From NCBI GenBank assembly GCA_021815305.1, contig JAKAHC010000010.1, positions 7,997 to 71,996 of the forward strand: DNA of 64,000 bases. The letters are read 5' to 3'. The translations under genes were made by a program, and so were the position numbers. The notes beneath the pieces are model-generated. The model made no database searches, had not been told where the DNA came from, and worked only from the letters and a program-made list of their open reading frames with translations. This document shows, piece after piece, positions 18,107 through 27,418 of this stretch. The DNA is from Deltaproteobacteria bacterium (GTDB lineage: Bacteria > Desulfobacterota > Deferrimicrobia > Deferrimicrobiales > Deferrimicrobiaceae). How positions within the stretch are numbered: the first letter of the stretch is position 1; each line of letters opens with the position of its first letter.

Positions 18107-19792
18107 TTACCGATAGGAAATCGTACCCTGGATGAGAAATCCTCCATCTTTTTTGAAACCGTACTTCAACTTGCCGCCGCACGCTTTCGCCCTTTCCTCC
18201 ATGATGCTCAGCCCGAAATGGCTTTGTCGAATCTCCGCTTTCTTGGGCAGATGCCTTGCTTCCTCGGTCCCGTAATCCTCCACGGAAAAATACATTCTCT
18301 TTTCCGTGCATTTCATGTGGATTCTGGCATCTTTGGAATTGGAATGTTTTTTGATATTTTCCATCGCTTCCTGAAGGATACGAAACATACTTGTCTGTTT
18401 TTCCGAAGACAGCATTGAAAAATCGCCTTTAAAATCAAGATCCACTTTGATCGCAGTATCCAACATGAAATTCTTTATATATTCTTCTATCGTCTTCTGT
18501 GCTCCAAGTTCATCTAACATTAACGGCCTTAAACCATAAACGATTCTTCGCCCCTCTTTGATTGAATCGTTAACATAGTATTTTAACGAATTAAAAAGAT
18601 CAGGGTCTGTATTTTTTATGCCTGGATTTACTTCCTCAAGATACAATAATTTAAACCATATTCCCGTAAGCCTTTGGATAATCGTATCGTGAATTTCAGC
18701 GGAAATCTTTTTACGTTCCTCTTCTTGTGTGTAGATGATCCTGCTTGTTAAATGTTGAAGCCGTTTTTGGCTTTTCCGTAACTCGATAAGATATTGATTC
18801 CTTTCCATGGCCTGCGCGATTTTCAACACCAGCGACAAGATAACGTAGGAATCCGTCCCGAACAACTGGCCGTTAAGTTGCCGGGTATTGATGGAAAGGA
18901 ATCCGTAGAACCGGCTTTCCGTGAAAATCGGAACCGCGAGCCAATAACCACTGGGGATCGTATCGATGCTCTCGGGATTGATCGGGAAATGGTTCCCGCC
19001 ATGATGGTCTATCAAACAGGGAGCGCGCATCTGCACCATTTTTTTCAGGATTTCGCCCATGCTTTCCCGCACGAACAAATCCAGGGCGACTGCGGAACTT
19101 CCTACCTGAATCCCCGGCAGGAAGCGTCGATTCATCTTCCTGTCTATTGTCAGAACGACATGTGTTGCCCCCAAAATGTTGGAGACTTCGTTTATGAACA
19201 TCTGGCTGAACTCGGTGATATTCGAATCTTCATCCAATGTGGTCCGAAGCCGGTACAAACCTTCAATCTGTTTACTACGCTTTTCGATGATTTCATCTCT
19301 TGTCTTGAGATAGGACTCTATTACCGTCTCTTTCACCTTGTCGTACACGAAATTCAATACCGTCACGTCTTCGTGTAGATCTTTCAGGCTCATTTCCGTG
19401 CTGGAATAATCGGAATAATGCTTGATGAATTCCCGTGTAATCGCCTGTTCCATGATCGTATGAACCTTCAACGTATTGTGCAGTGGAACCTTTTGCACAA
19501 GGCGAATATACCCCGTTCGGACTTGATCCTCGATCAGCGGTTTCATATCTCCGCACAGTGCCCTCTGGATCAATCCCACCACCATCGCCGTCCGCCGTTT
19601 CCCTTCTTCCGAATCGGCCATGAGGGTCTTGTATTCGTTCTTCAGATCCGCCTGGCGGATTGTCTGAAACACGGAGGTCAGAATTTGCGATTTGCGTTCC
19701 GAGATGGCGTTCACCAGCAGATGGGGCACCTGGTATCCGGCTTCCAAAATGGCATTTTTCGATGCAGGAGGATTCACGGGATCGACAGCCAT
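18107..19792 (-). CDS. Soluble sensor histidine kinase (helical N-domain, GAF-like, HisKA_3, HATPase_c)
   Basis: QEEERKKISAEIHDTIIQ H-box, FRILQEAMENIKKHS N-box, HFGLSIMEERA. No hydrophobic TM segment seen. Confidence 0.9.
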   Translation of the reverse strand: MAVDPVNPPASKNAILEAGYQVPHLLVNAISERKSQILTSVFQTIRQADLKNEYKTLMADSEEGKRRTAMVVGLIQRALCGDMKPLIEDQVRTGYIRLVQKVPLHNTLKVHTIMEQAITREFIKHYSDYSSTEMSLKDLHEDVTVLNFVYDKVKETVIESYLKTRDEIIEKRSKQIEGLYRLRTTLDEDSNITEFSQMFINEVSNILGATHVVLTIDRKMNRRFLPGIQVGSSAVALDLFVRESMGEILKKMVQMRAPCLIDHHGGNHFPINPESIDTIPSGYWLAVPIFTESRFYGFLSINTRQLNGQLFGTDSYVILSLVLKIAQAMERNQYLIELRKSQKRLQHLTSRIIYTQEEERKKISAEIHDTIIQRLTGIWFKLLYLEEVNPGIKNTDPDLFNSLKYYVNDSIKEGRRIVYGLRPLMLDELGAQKTIEEYIKNFMLDTAIKVDLDFKGDFSMLSSEKQTSMFRILQEAMENIKKHSNSKDARIHMKCTEKRMYFSVEDYGTEEARHLPKKAEIRQSHFGLSIMEERAKACGGKLKYGFKKDGGFLIQGTISYR

Positions 19793-19881
19793 GTCGTCAG
19801 GTCCGCAGTCGCATGGAAGCCCTATTGGATACGATAAGGAGACACCGGATCTCCTAACATTGTTTTATATCATGGGACGGG

Positions 19882-19899
19882 CTTGACATCGCTGTCAAG
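19882..19899. promoter_or_regulatory. Perfect inverted repeat CTTGACA-N4-TGTCAAG upstream of the kinase (probable operator overlapping the -35)
   Basis: Sequence CTTGACATCGCTGTCAAG; on the minus strand TTGACA is followed 18 nt later by CATGAT. Confidence 0.5.
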
Positions 19900-20062
19900 T
19901 CGGCAAGGGCGGAACCAGGGGATCCCGCCCCAAATCCCTATAACGACGTTTAGGCGATACGCTGCGAACACCGGGGATCCGCCCCGCTTGCGGTAAGAGG
20001 TCTCTCCCGGATGATCGCTTTCCGGACCGTGGAAAGAATTCAAGGCGCTGTAACGCCTTGCC

Positions 20063-22915
20063 CTACGGGGATGTGGTGTGTTTCCCGCGCCGAACCAACC
20101 CCGATACGGTCTCGACCGCCAACCTGCCCAGGAGGCGGGGGTGGAACATGCGGGCGAAGACATCGCGGTAGGGAGCGCTTCCGGTAAAGGTGTCCCACAG
20201 CACGCCGCTCATCCTTCGTGGCAACCCCGCTCCCCTTTGCTGCTCCGCCGTGGTCGTCCGCAGAATGGCGGTGCGCACGGGCCGCGCCTTCTGGATCAAC
20301 CGGGTGATCTGGAAAATCGCCTTCCCGATGCCGTTGTCCCATGTCAGCGCCCTGCAGACCGGCAGGAAGTGCCGCCGGAAATCGCGCGCGGACAATCCGC
20401 AATAAACGGCCGTCCTGGCCGCGGCCTTCGCGGTCCGGTAGGCTCCGCCGATCCCGTCCTTGTAGAGCCGGGTAACGCCGCTGTCGCCGAGGAACACGAT
20501 CCGGTCCGCAAACGGCTGGCCCGCGCCACGAACGTTGATCGAGGGGAAGCAGCGGCAGAAATCCTTCGGCACGGTCCAGCCGGGGGGGAAACATCGCCGC
20601 ACTTCGGCGGCGTCGAGAAAGGAGTCCACGAGTTCGTTGTCGATCCCCTCTCCGAGCAGGCAGACCGTCACGTACTCCCCCTTGGGGATGAGCGCCGCGA
20701 ACTCCAGCCGGGGGAGGTTGAGCAGGAAGACGTGCATGGAATTCCCGAAATGGGTGCGCAGCGCCTCGCGCCCGAGAGGGAATTCGCAGATATACGCCCG
20801 GGCCGTCCCGGGAACCCGGTACCCCAGGTCGAGGTTCTCGAACAGCTTGAGCCCCGCGGTGTTGACCCCCATAGCGACCGCGAGGAGGTCGTACGCGCCC
20901 GTGCGGCCCCCTTGGGTTCCAACGACGGGCCGCCCGTTCTCCCGGTGCACGTGCGTCACACGGTCCCGGATCACGGCCGCTCCCCGGCCCTCGGCCAGCC
21001 CCAGGAGGTATCGGTCGAAGTTCTCCCACGTTTTCCCCGCGGCGCCCAGGGGACCGCACCCGCGGTGCACCGCCGCGATCCGTTTCTCCCGCCGCGGGGT
21101 GTCGATGCGCACGCTTCCCACGTCCATGTGCAGCACGTAGGAGTCGATCCCGCGCTGCACAAGCGTCGACGGGAGCTCGATCCCCTCCGTGGCCAGCAAC
21201 TGCACCATGGACTCCGAGACGATCCCGCCGCACATGTTGCAGCCGGGGGGCCCGAGCGTGTCGAAATCCTTCGACTCAAAGATGTCGACGTGCAGGTCGA
21301 TCCGTTCCCTCTGCGCCATCGACAGGAGGAGATAGGTGAAGAAGGAGCCGGCCGGGCCGCCGCCCAGCACGGCGACGCGGGAGCCGGATCCCAGCCGCAT
21401 CGCCGGCGGCGCGCTCCCGGCCTCTCCCGGCCGCGGCCCCGGGACGGGCGCCCGCCCGTCGCCCGCCTGGGCACGCCGGACGATGCCCCGGGCCATGTCG
21501 CGGAAGACGAATGCGTGGAACGGCAACATGGAGTACCAGTACAGCCGCCCCAGCAGCCCCTTCGGGTAATGGTACGCCGTCTGGACGAGCGTGTTCCCCT
21601 CGATGCGGAACTCGAGCCACGCCTTTCCGGCGACCCGCATCTGCGCCTCCAGGAGCAGCCGCCGGTTTTCCCGAAGATCGATCACCTTCCAGACATCGAG
21701 GATATCGCCCACGCGCAGGTCCGACTCGGCGCGCCGCCCGATCGAGGCGCCGTACCCCCCCGCGAGCTTGTCCGCGGCCCCGCGGATCCTCCAGAGCAGG
21801 TCGAACGTGAACCAGCCGCGCTTGCCGCCGATCGACTTGACCGCGCGGAAGATCTCCTCCGGCGCGGTCCCTTCGAAGCTCTCCTTCCGGACATCGCGGA
21901 AGACCGCGCGGGTCATCTCCTCTTCCGCGTCGGTGCGGGGGATCCGGCCGAGACTGTCGGTGAAGCGGCTGAGCACCTGCTCGTGCTCGATCGCGTCGAT
22001 CGCCCGGGCGACGGCCACCTCGAACGGCGCCGGTTCGATATCGGGGAAAAGCTCCTGAGCGGCCGCAAGCGACATCCCGCCCGCCGGGGTCCCCATCGCT
22101 TCGAGGATCCGAAGGAAGGTCGAGGCCATCCGGGCGGAATACGGGGTCAGGACCATCAGGAGGTAGGGCGAGAGCCGCGGCGCGTCGAACGGAAGCGGGA
22201 GGAACGCCCTTTTCAATCCCATGACCCGTGCGGTGGCGGCGACCATGTCGCGGACGCTTTCCGACGGCAGACCGATCTCCACTTCGACGGAACGCTCCAG
22301 AGGGACGCGGATCGCCCGGATGAGGTACTCCAGGACGTCCCGCACGCCGATCACGGTGACCTTCGTCTCCATCCAGCGGGGCGCGGGGAGAAGCGGCAGC
22401 TTCTGGGCGAGATTGCGAAGCGCCTCGAAAAGGAGGCTCCCGGACCCGAGGATGAACCCGGCCCGGAACCACACCACGCGGATGCGGTCGGGAAAGGCGC
22501 CGAGCGTCTCGCCGATCTCCACGTGCTCGGCCAGGTATTCGTTCTTCCCCGGGTCCCGGCCGTAGGCCGAAAGGAAAACGATTCGCCCGACGCCCGCGCG
22601 GATGCAGGCGTCCCGGAACAGCGCGGGGAAGACCTTCCTTCGCTGCCGGAACACCGGGTCCGCATCGATGAAGCGCACGGGGTAGAAGGCGACGTCGATC
22701 CCCTCGGCCGCCCTTCGCAGGACCTCCGGATCCAGCGGGTCTCCCACGACGATTTCCGGGATCTCCTCCGCCGCGTCTCCCAGGTTCCGGCGGTCCGCCA
22801 CGAGAACGCGCAGGCGCACGTCGCCGCGGTCGAGGAGCTTCCGCAGCAGCCGGCGCCCCAGGTAACTCAGGGGGGCCGGCAGAAGGACCTTCGGTTTCGG
22901 GTCGCATTCCGTCAC
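20063..22915 (-). CDS. Fusion protein: atypical SDR/YbjT-like + DUF2867 + geranylgeranyl-reductase-like FAD oxidoreductase
   Basis: One 950-aa ORF. YbjT-like N-domain (FRAGFILGSGS), DUF2867 (VKSIGGKRGW..WRIRGAADKLAGG..AQMRVAGKAWLEF..GRLYWYSMLPFH), then RVAVLGGGPAG, CNMCGG and FLGDSG. Confidence 0.8.
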   Translation of the reverse strand: MTECDPKPKVLLPAPLSYLGRRLLRKLLDRGDVRLRVLVADRRNLGDAAEEIPEIVVGDPLDPEVLRRAAEGIDVAFYPVRFIDADPVFRQRRKVFPALFRDACIRAGVGRIVFLSAYGRDPGKNEYLAEHVEIGETLGAFPDRIRVVWFRAGFILGSGSLLFEALRNLAQKLPLLPAPRWMETKVTVIGVRDVLEYLIRAIRVPLERSVEVEIGLPSESVRDMVAATARVMGLKRAFLPLPFDAPRLSPYLLMVLTPYSARMASTFLRILEAMGTPAGGMSLAAAQELFPDIEPAPFEVAVARAIDAIEHEQVLSRFTDSLGRIPRTDAEEEMTRAVFRDVRKESFEGTAPEEIFRAVKSIGGKRGWFTFDLLWRIRGAADKLAGGYGASIGRRAESDLRVGDILDVWKVIDLRENRRLLLEAQMRVAGKAWLEFRIEGNTLVQTAYHYPKGLLGRLYWYSMLPFHAFVFRDMARGIVRRAQAGDGRAPVPGPRPGEAGSAPPAMRLGSGSRVAVLGGGPAGSFFTYLLLSMAQRERIDLHVDIFESKDFDTLGPPGCNMCGGIVSESMVQLLATEGIELPSTLVQRGIDSYVLHMDVGSVRIDTPRREKRIAAVHRGCGPLGAAGKTWENFDRYLLGLAEGRGAAVIRDRVTHVHRENGRPVVGTQGGRTGAYDLLAVAMGVNTAGLKLFENLDLGYRVPGTARAYICEFPLGREALRTHFGNSMHVFLLNLPRLEFAALIPKGEYVTVCLLGEGIDNELVDSFLDAAEVRRCFPPGWTVPKDFCRCFPSINVRGAGQPFADRIVFLGDSGVTRLYKDGIGGAYRTAKAAARTAVYCGLSARDFRRHFLPVCRALTWDNGIGKAIFQITRLIQKARPVRTAILRTTTAEQQRGAGLPRRMSGVLWDTFTGSAPYRDVFARMFHPRLLGRLAVETVSGLVRRGKHTTSP

Positions 22916-23072
22916 CGAGTCAGTATATCGGTGGCGGCGGGGAATGTGGCGGTCCCGGCGCAGGACAGGTCGACCCCTCCCCCGGAACGCGATCGCAGAG
23001 AGACGTCGTGTTTCCGCACTCCATCTGCGAATCGTGCATGGAGATGGAGCGGGAACACGGGGCCGTCGATCC

Positions 23073-26000
23073 TCAGGTTCCGGCCGCTTCCTCCGGGGGC
23101 GCCCCGGCGGACCGATGCCTTGCGTGGTCGGTCGCGAGGAGCATGTACACCGCGGGCACGACGAAGAGCGTGAAGAGCGTTCCGATGGAAATCCCGGTCA
23201 TGATCACCAGCCCCATGTTGAAGCGCCCCACCGCTCCGGCGCCCGAGGCGATCACCAGCGGCACCACTCCCAGGACCATCGCGGCGGTCGTCATCAGGAT
23301 CGGCCGGAGTCGGATGCCCGCGGCCATCTCCACAGCCTCGCGCTTCCTCCGCCCCTCCCGCTGCAGGTCGTTGGCGAACTGGACGATCAGGATTCCGTGT
23401 TTGCTGATGAGCCCGATCAGCGTCACCAGGCCCACCTCGGTGTAGATGTTCAGGCTCGCGCCGCCCACCCCGAGGCTGATGAAGATCAGGGCCCCGCAGA
23501 TCGACATCGGCACGCTGATGAGGACGATGAAGGGGTCGCGGAAACTCTCGAACAGGGCCGCCAGCGCGAGGAAGATGATGACGAGCGCGAAGAAGAACGT
23601 CACCAGCAGGGCGCTCGACTCCTGGACGTACTGCCGGGACTGGCCGGCGTAGTCGATGCCGTATCCCTGGGGGAGGACCTCCCCGGCAAGGGACTTGAGC
23701 GTGTCCAGCGCCTGGCCCAGGGTGACTCCGGGCGCGGTCACCCCGGAGATCGTGGCCGAGTTGAGCTGCTGGAAATGGTTGATGGATTCCGGAACGACGG
23801 TGGTCTTGAGGCGCACGATCGTGGAAATAGGCACCGACCCCCCGCTCGCGGTGTTGATGTAATAGTCGCGCAACTGCGACGCGTTGAGACGGTCCCGCCG
23901 CATCACCTGCGGGATCACCTTGTACGACCGTCCCGCGAGACCGAAATAGTTCACGTAGCCGCCCCCCACCATGGCGCCAAGCGCCCCGCCGACGTCGCGC
24001 ATCGTGAGTCCCATCTGCGCAGCCCTGTCGCGGTCGATCTCCACGGCGACCTGGGGCTTGTCGAGCTTGAGATCGGTGTCCAGATACGCGAACCTGCCGC
24101 TGGCGTATGCCTTGTCGAGGAGCTCCTGCGAGACCGCGTTCAGCCGCGAATAAGGCTCGGTGGTCCCGATCACGAACTGCACCGGAAGCCCCCTCCCCCC
24201 GCCGGGGAGAGGAGACGGCTGGAACGCCGCGACGCGCGCCCCCGCGATGCCGTAGAGACGCTGCTGCACCAGCGGGTTCAGCTGCATCGACGTGCGATTG
24301 CGCTCGTCCCACGGCTTGAGCACCATCCCCGCGATCCCCGAATTGAGTCCGCCCGCCCCGTCGAGCTGGAAGACGTGGTCCGTCTCCGGGAATCCCTTGT
24401 AGATCTTGAACACCTGCCGGGAGCTCAGCCGGGTCTGCTCCAGCGTCGCGTCGGGGGCGGTGGTGATCAGGGAGACGATGATCCCCTGGTCTTCCTGCGG
24501 GGCAAGCTCGCTCTTCGAGCCGGCGTACAGGAAATAGATGCTCCCGAGGACGATCATGGCGAACACCGCGGTGACGGGCAGGAAATCGAGCGAGCCGTGG
24601 AGAAGGCGCTCGTAGGTTCGGCGGAACCCCTCGAACCGCCGGTCGACGAACGCCACGAACCTCCCCTGCCCGCCGGAAGCCGGCGACTTCAGGAAGCGCG
24701 AGCACATCATGGGCGAGAGCGTGAGGGCAACCACCGCCGACACGGTAACGGCGCCGGCGAGCGTGTAGGCGAACTCGGTGAACAGCGCCCCGGTAAGCCC
24801 CCCCATGAAGCCTATCGGAACGTAGACCGCGATCAGGACCACGGTCATGGCGAGGATCGGGCCGGCCAGTTCCCGAGCCCCCCGGATCGCGGCGGACAGG
24901 GGCTCCATGCCGTCTTCCATGTGGCGATTGGCGTTCTCCACAACGATGATCGCGTCGTCGACGACCAGCCCGATGGCGAGCACCAGGGACAGAAGCGTCA
25001 GCAGGTTGATCGTGTACCCGAGCGCCAGCATGATGAAGAAGGTCCCGACCAGGGACAGCGGCATGGCGACCGTAGGGATGATCACAGACCGGAACGACGC
25101 CAGGAACAGGAAGATGACCACGGTCACGATCGCCAGCGCTTCGACCAGGGTGGTGACCACCTCGTGGATCGAACTGTCGACGTACTTCGTCGCGTCGAAA
25201 ACGACCCGCCCGTGGAGCCCCTCCGGCAGCTGCTGCCGGACCGAGGGGAAGACCTCCCGCACGCCGTTGATCACGGTGAGCAGGTTCGCGGTCGGGGCGA
25301 CCTTGATGCCGATGTAGACGGCGCTCTCCCCGTCGAACGCCACCGCGGTGTTGTAGTCCTCCGCCCCCAGAGTGACGTTGGCCACATCCCCGAGCCGGAC
25401 GATCGCGCCGTTCTGCGCCTTGATCACGAGGTTGCGGAACTGTTCCACCGAGTGCAGGCTCGTGTCGGCGGTGAGATCCACCGTGACCATCTGCCCCTTG
25501 GTGCGCCCCACGGCGGAAAGGAAGTCGTTCGACGCAAGGGCGTCCCTCACGTCCGAGGCCGTCACCTTCAGGGCCGCCATCCGCTGCGGGTCGAGCCACG
25601 CCCTCAGCGCGAACCGGCGCTGCCCGAGGATCTCGGCGGTCTGCACGCCATCGACCGCCTGCAGCTTCGGCTGCACGACCCGTATCAGGTAGTCGGTGAT
25701 GTTGTTGGTCGGGAGCGCCTTGCTGTAGAAACCGATGTACATCGAGTCGAACGGCTCGCCGATGGCGATGGTGATCACCGGCTGAAGCGTCCCCTGCGGA
25801 AGCTGGTTCACCACCGCGTTGACCTTGGTGCTGATCTCGGAGAGCGCCTTGTTCGAATCGTAATTCAGGCGCAGGGTCGCCTGGATCGTGCTCAGGCTCT
25901 GCGTGCTCGTGGACGTGAGGTAGTCGATGCCGTTGGCCTGCGAGATGCTGTTCTCCAGCGGCGTCGTGATGAAGCCCGCCACGAGCGCGGGGTCTGCGCC

Positions 26001-26156
26001 GGTGAACACGGTCGTCACCGTGACGACCGCGTTCTGCGTCACCGGATACTGCCGGACCTTCAGCAGACCGATGGAGCGCAATCCCAGCACCAGGATCAGC
26101 ATGCTGACCACGGTGGCGAGCACGGGCCGGCGGATGAAGATGTCGGTGAATCGCAT
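23073..26156 (-). CDS. RND efflux permease (AcrB/MexW-like)
   Basis: FIRRPVLA, GLVVDDAIIVVEN, GLISKHGILIVQFA, RLRPILMTT. Confidence 0.95.
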   Translation of the reverse strand: MRFTDIFIRRPVLATVVSMLILVLGLRSIGLLKVRQYPVTQNAVVTVTTVFTGADPALVAGFITTPLENSISQANGIDYLTSTSTQSLSTIQATLRLNYDSNKALSEISTKVNAVVNQLPQGTLQPVITIAIGEPFDSMYIGFYSKALPTNNITDYLIRVVQPKLQAVDGVQTAEILGQRRFALRAWLDPQRMAALKVTASDVRDALASNDFLSAVGRTKGQMVTVDLTADTSLHSVEQFRNLVIKAQNGAIVRLGDVANVTLGAEDYNTAVAFDGESAVYIGIKVAPTANLLTVINGVREVFPSVRQQLPEGLHGRVVFDATKYVDSSIHEVVTTLVEALAIVTVVIFLFLASFRSVIIPTVAMPLSLVGTFFIMLALGYTINLLTLLSLVLAIGLVVDDAIIVVENANRHMEDGMEPLSAAIRGARELAGPILAMTVVLIAVYVPIGFMGGLTGALFTEFAYTLAGAVTVSAVVALTLSPMMCSRFLKSPASGGQGRFVAFVDRRFEGFRRTYERLLHGSLDFLPVTAVFAMIVLGSIYFLYAGSKSELAPQEDQGIIVSLITTAPDATLEQTRLSSRQVFKIYKGFPETDHVFQLDGAGGLNSGIAGMVLKPWDERNRTSMQLNPLVQQRLYGIAGARVAAFQPSPLPGGGRGLPVQFVIGTTEPYSRLNAVSQELLDKAYASGRFAYLDTDLKLDKPQVAVEIDRDRAAQMGLTMRDVGGALGAMVGGGYVNYFGLAGRSYKVIPQVMRRDRLNASQLRDYYINTASGGSVPISTIVRLKTTVVPESINHFQQLNSATISGVTAPGVTLGQALDTLKSLAGEVLPQGYGIDYAGQSRQYVQESSALLVTFFFALVIIFLALAALFESFRDPFIVLISVPMSICGALIFISLGVGGASLNIYTEVGLVTLIGLISKHGILIVQFANDLQREGRRKREAVEMAAGIRLRPILMTTAAMVLGVVPLVIASGAGAVGRFNMGLVIMTGISIGTLFTLFVVPAVYMLLATDHARHRSAGAPPEEAAGT

Positions 26157-26250
26157 GCGGTTCCTCAGTGCATCCGTTCGCGGACACTACGACATGTCCG
26201 AACGAAGCGCGGCAGACATCCGTGTTTCGCCGTATCCGTGAAACGCGGCA

Positions 26251-27381
26251 TCACTGATCCTTGATGTCCGGAGCCGCCTCGTTCAGAGGCTGCACCCGGT
26301 TGTCGATGATGACCGGGCTGCCGTTCTTGAGCTTGAGCTGTCCGCTCGTCACCACCAGGTCCCCCTCCTTGATCCCCTTGAGGACCGCGACCTGGTCGCC
26401 GCGGGTGGGGCCGACGGCGACGAAAGTCTGCCGCGCGACGAGGAGCGGCTTGCCGGCCGGCGCCTTGCCGTTTTCCCGAACGACATAGATCGTCTCTCCG
26501 TACGGGTTGTAGGTCACGGCCGTCTGCGGCAGCGTCAGGTAGGACCGCGCAGCGCCGGACCGGACCTCGACCGTTGCGTACATTCCCGGCAGGAGCTTGT
26601 GGCCGGGATTGGCGAGGGTCGCCTCGATCCGGACGTTCCGCGTGGCCGGGTCCACCTTCGGGTCGATGGCGGTCACCCGGCCCGCGAAGACGCGGCCCGG
26701 ATAGGTGTCCGTCGTGGCCACGACCCTCTGCCCCAGGGAGACAATCCCGAGGTCCTGCTGGGGGAGGGAGAAGTCGACATACAGCGAATCGAGCGCCTGA
26801 AGGGTGACGATCTTGTCCCCGGGGTTCAGGTACTGCCCGGGATTGACGGTGGTGATCCCCAGGCGGCCGGAAAACGGCGCCCGGATGGTTTTCCTGTCGA
26901 CGACCGCCGCCTGCTCCGCCACCCGCGCCCTCCGGCTCTTCAGGTCTGCGGCGTCGGCATCGAGCGCGGCCTGGCTCACAGCGTGCGCTTCGAACTGCTT
27001 CGTGTCCCGTTCGTAGACCGTCTTCGCCAGTTCCGCCCCGGCCTGCAGGGAGCGCAGCTGTGCGACATCGGTGTCCGCGTTCAGTTCAACGAGGAGCCGG
27101 CCTTCCTGCACGTCGTCCCCCGAACGGAAATGCAGGGCGCGCACCAGGCCGGCGATCTCCGTGGTCACGTCCACGCCCCGAACCGCGCGCAGGCTCCCCA
27201 CGGCCTTGAGCCGGGGCTGCCAGACCGAGGCTTCCGCCTTCACCGCGGAGACCACCACCGCCGGCGACAGGCCGGCGGCAATGGCCTCCCGCATCCTTTT
27301 CGCCGTGTGGGAACGGTAGAGGAAGATGCCGCCGAAAACGGCGGCGACCGCCAGCAGCATCAGGAACATGCGCCGAATCAT
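26251..27381 (-). CDS. RND efflux periplasmic adaptor (membrane fusion protein)
   Basis: N-terminal TM, GSLRAVRGVDV, IRAPFSGRLG, IDPKVDPATR, LLPGMYA. ATG 27381 with AAGGAGG RBS. Confidence 0.92.
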   Translation of the reverse strand: MIRRMFLMLLAVAAVFGGIFLYRSHTAKRMREAIAAGLSPAVVVSAVKAEASVWQPRLKAVGSLRAVRGVDVTTEIAGLVRALHFRSGDDVQEGRLLVELNADTDVAQLRSLQAGAELAKTVYERDTKQFEAHAVSQAALDADAADLKSRRARVAEQAAVVDRKTIRAPFSGRLGITTVNPGQYLNPGDKIVTLQALDSLYVDFSLPQQDLGIVSLGQRVVATTDTYPGRVFAGRVTAIDPKVDPATRNVRIEATLANPGHKLLPGMYATVEVRSGAARSYLTLPQTAVTYNPYGETIYVVRENGKAPAGKPLLVARQTFVAVGPTRGDQVAVLKGIKEGDLVVTSGQLKLKNGSPVIIDNRVQPLNEAAPDIKDQ

Positions 27382-27418
27382 CGGGGGATCCTCCTTGGGG
27401 TGACCAGGATGCTCTCCA

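Noticed and set aside
19921-19950. Fourth copy of the regulon box upstream of the kinase
   Set aside because: Only GGGATT matches; it lacks the YCC-N7-GGA spacing and the adjacent TTGTT -35.
26165-26245. Hairpins between the MFP and RND genes as a structured RNA or terminator
   Set aside because: Short imperfect stems, no U-tract and no recognisable RNA family; at most an mRNA stability element.
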